Notes under the pieces: model-generated | What the model was told of the DNA's origin: nothing | What the model saw: the letters and a program-made list of their open reading frames with translations, nothing else | Databases searched by the model: none | Translations under genes and position numbers: made by a program | In this document: positions 60,501 to 64,000 of the stretch, one piece after another | Position numbering within the stretch: the first letter of the stretch is position 1 | Layout of the letters: each line of letters begins with the position of its first letter | From: Macrostomum lignano | Lineage: Eukaryota | DNA length: 64,000 bases | Assembly: GCA_002269645.1 (NCBI GenBank) | Contig: NIVC01002990.1 | Span: forward strand, 62,001-126,000 | Direction of reading: 5' to 3'

Positions 60501-63500
60501 CGGAATAAATGAAAGGGCGAATATGATGGAGACCACTGTGATGGCGGAAGTGATTGTCTGGCTTGTCAACGTGTTTTCAACATACTCGGAGCGCAGTGTA
60601 ATGGGATGCGTCCAACCGGACACTCCATACAGATTCTCAGAGGCCCCAGTCGGTAGCCGCGAACGAAGCATAGCATTGCTTAAAATATTCAGATAAGCGG
60701 GGCCGGACACGTATCCGCGATTGTCGTACCAGACCTGCGCTCTTAGGAGCTCCGAATTGTTAGTAGTTGGCTTTAGTGCATTGAGGGCATCGGAAAACGA
60801 AGCAGTAAAGTTGTACACGATCGAGTTTCCAACGTTAATGCCCATAGCAGTGACCTCAGATTTGCTGACATAGTTCAGCGTTGGATCGGTGTCGTTGACG
60901 AACAAAGAGAAACCACCGAATCGGATCTTGAAGTATTTTGATACACTAGATTGAATGTAGTTAGTCACATTGTACAGTGTGTAATTTTCAAATATATCCG
61001 CACTCAATAGATTCTTGCTAGCTGGGGTGGGCCAATCAACGCACTTTGCACTTTCTGGATACTTTTCGTAGGAGCAGCGACAGTTGGAGGTGTCCAAAGG
61101 CAGATTGGTAGGCGTTGAGCCCCAAGTTGCAGGAGGATTTGTTGGCGCCAAACAGGAGAATTTGTCGTTGCCATGCTCAGTTGAGGTGCTGACACAGCGA
61201 GTTCCAAGAGAGTCTGTGTTGTAGAAATGCGACTTCAACTTGGCTGCGTCTTGTAGATTTCCAACACTTGGTGTCAGCGTCTCAACGAATGAGTAAAGCT
61301 TCTTCGTTCGCAAAGCGTTCCTGTCCCGTGTGCCTAACATGTACCATGGGGCCAGCTGCATTGGCGGATTATCCCCATCGGTAGGTCTGATTTGTTGCAA
61401 GCCGAGCGAAAGAAGAATGAAGAATATCGGCAGAATAAATTCTGCAACGAAGCCCATCTTCGAGCGGCGAATAACGGTGAATCGCTTGATCCAGAGCGCC
61501 TTCACTTGATGGCGCAAAGGGTGATCAGTATAGCGTAAAGTCGGCGGTTGAGAGAGCGAAGCCCGGCGGCTGCCACGAGGCATGTCCAGTGGTACAGCGC
61601 TTGGAGTGGCGCAACGCGGGCTGTTTTGCTGCTTTGTATCCAGCAAGTCATCATCATCAACCAGCGGATTCGAGGCAGCGGCCGCCTCCAGTTGGCGCTC
61701 TTTTCGGAAGCTGCTGCGGCTAGAGCGAAGGTTGACGACAGCTGACGCATCCTTGTCCACGGTTTCTTCTCGATCAGCTTCAGTAACGTTCAGAAAAATT
61801 TCCTCTAGCGAGCAGTCTTCAATGCCGAACGATTCGATCCCGAGTTCGTCACGACTATTTTCTAGCTGTTGAAACAAGTTTGAAAAACTTTCACTGGCAT
61901 TGAACGGCAGCTTCACTGTTACCTCGCTAGTGGTACACTCGCCTAGCTGTGAGGTGGGTACGTAGCGCTGCACAAATGACAATAGCTTGCTTTGTTCACA
62001 ACTGGTTACCAATGTCAAAGTGTAGCCATGACCGAATGCCTTCTTTAGGAACATTGGAGAGCCGGAGCAAACAAGTCGACCTTTATCGATGATGCAGATT
62101 CGGTCGCCAAGGATGTCAGCTTCGTCCATATGGTGAGTAGTGAGCAAGATTGTACGACCAGATCGGAACTTGCCAAGCACATCCCAGATGGAGCGCCTGG
62201 CGTGGGGGTCCACTCCTGCAGTTGGCTCGTCCAGAATTATTAGCTTTGAGTCTCCCACAAAGGCCATGGCTACAGACAGCTTGCGTTTCATGCCGCCGGA
62301 CAGGTTTCTGCTCAACTCGAATCGCTTGTTATCGAGGCCGACGTCCACAACAAAACTGTCAATCTGTGAGCCTATCGTACTCTTGTCCAGGCCTTTTAGC
62401 ATACCATAGAAGTAGATATGATCCTCCACAGTCAGATGGTTGAACAGCACGTTATGTTGAGGGCAAAATCCAAGGTGTTTCCGAATTTGATCCATTTGTG
62501 TGCGAATGTCGTGTCCATAAATGTAGGCTGTACCCGTCGTGGGCGTGTACAAACCAGTCAAGATCGAAACGGTTGTACTTTTACCTAAAGAAAAATGGTT
62601 GGTTTCGAAAATTAGGCTGAAATGAGGTTTAAACAGAAAAATGCAGCTAATATGATTCTTACCAGCTCCATTGTGCCCCAGGAACGAGGTGACCTGGCCT
62701 TCGTAGAAATTGTACGTAACACTGTTGACAGCAATGAAATCCTTAGCATTTTTGCAGGCACACAAGCCAGGCTTGTATACCTTCGTAAGCGCTCGAAGTG
62801 CGGCTCCAACTTTTAGATTTCTAGGCTCTTCCTCAAAGTGCTGCCGATCACCTGTCATTTCAACATCTCCCTGGTCAGGCGCCAGCTCAACCTTGCTGCA
62901 AGAGCTGCACCAATAAGATTTGGTAAAAGGAAAGTAAAATGGTTTCGGAACGCCATACTTTCCTGGAAAAACCTTTTCGATGTACCAAGTTAGAAGCATT
63001 AGCAGAAATGCGTCGACCCACAGCATAAAAAGAACACCGCCAAACGTAAATGAACTATCCATCAGAGGACTCTTCGCTACGTTATCTGGCTGTATTCCAA
63101 TATTCGCAAGTTCCCAGAGACCAATGTACTTGCAGCCGAGGCCAAACCCAATTTGCGGTATTAGGCAGCTGGCGGCAAGGGCGCCGCGCCCATGCTTTCG
63201 ATGAACCGGTCAACAACAGTGTACGGAATGTAGCCGAGAAAAAACAGCACACCAGCAAACGCCGACGCGACACTGGAGTTCGAGAAAAAAACCGAGATGA
63301 AGAAGGCCTCACAGATAGTGCTGACTACGAAGGATAAAATAAAAAAGAACAGTATTATCGGATGGCTGTTCACGATGATTCCGCCAGCTTTAATTATAAT
63401 AGTCATTAGAATTGTGGCCACCAGCATTACGCATCCAGAAGTGATGAACCAGGCTAGCCAGTGTTCCCAGTCGGCCAGCCCCATGATTTTCATCATCTCT

Positions 63501-64000
63501 TTAAGTCGGCTCTCCTTCTCGTACACCACAGCATTGACGAGCAAGGTGACACTGTAAATCCAGGCCAGGGTCATGATCATCGGGATGACGGACTGAATAA
63601 CCGTCGTAAACTGATCCTGGATGTAGCACGGGCTGGGGAAGAGACGCAAGTAGTTTATCTGGCTAGCATTTCCCCCGAGAATTCGGCCGGTAATGCTTTG
63701 CTCAAGCAGCTCTTGAATGTGAAGAAAAAACGAAGTAAAATATTTGAAGTGTTTGGGATAGGTCGAGCGCTGACCCGGTGACCAGGTACTTGCCGTGACG
63801 CGAAACCGAAGCGTGCTGTCTACCATACTCGAGACCATGCGCAGACGATATTTCTCAAACGTGGCTCCGCCCAGAGTATCAAACGCTACAGCCGCCATGA
63901 AATAAGGCTTACTGTCGTTTTCGTTCTGCTTGAACTCGTCAATCAAGTAAAGCGAATAGTCATTCATGGCCGTCTCCGTTTGGAAGCCGCGCAACTTGTT
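57588..64000 (-). CDS. ABCA-subfamily full transporter, 5' part outside the window; exons >64000-62663 (1-base frameshift near 63180), 62584-59296, 59221-58963, 58830-58441, 58349-58268, 57838-57773, 57625-57588 (last two less certain)
   Basis: [20 protein letters not shown]1: GHNGAG|[52 protein letters not shown]2: [52 protein letters not shown]. Junction phases are consistent. The orthologue cannot be assigned by eye. Confidence 0.93.

Overview
Eukaryotic (animal-type) genomic DNA with GT-AG introns, about 11 unrelated 15-33 bp minisatellites and many transposable elements. The style suggests a Macrostomum-like flatworm, but that is an unverified impression. Host genes: an orphan Gln/Pro-rich multi-exon gene (+, 11352-18890), a 4-exon RIOX1/NO66 JmjC oxygenase (-, 22896-30707), a 2-exon 118-aa secreted Cys-rich precursor ending in an amidation signal that the ORF track shows only in part (+, 49962-50417), and the 3' two-thirds of an ABCA transporter (-, 57588 to beyond 64000). 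Mobile elements with ends resolved by eye: a 1.56-kb non-coding LTR (TRIM-like) element inside a minisatellite, a Chapaev (CMC) DNA transposon with ~370-bp TIRs, a 9.4-kb CpG-decayed Gypsy element with an extra 3' ORF, an endonuclease-deleted RT-RNaseH LINE inside a small MITE-like element, and a THAP/P-element transposon with a 7-bp TSD. Five single-base deletions in short base runs break otherwise intact ORFs, including two host genes, and look like assembly error. If so, both DNA transposases may be intact. No CRISPR array, rRNA gene or intact tRNA gene was found. All counts were done by eye.
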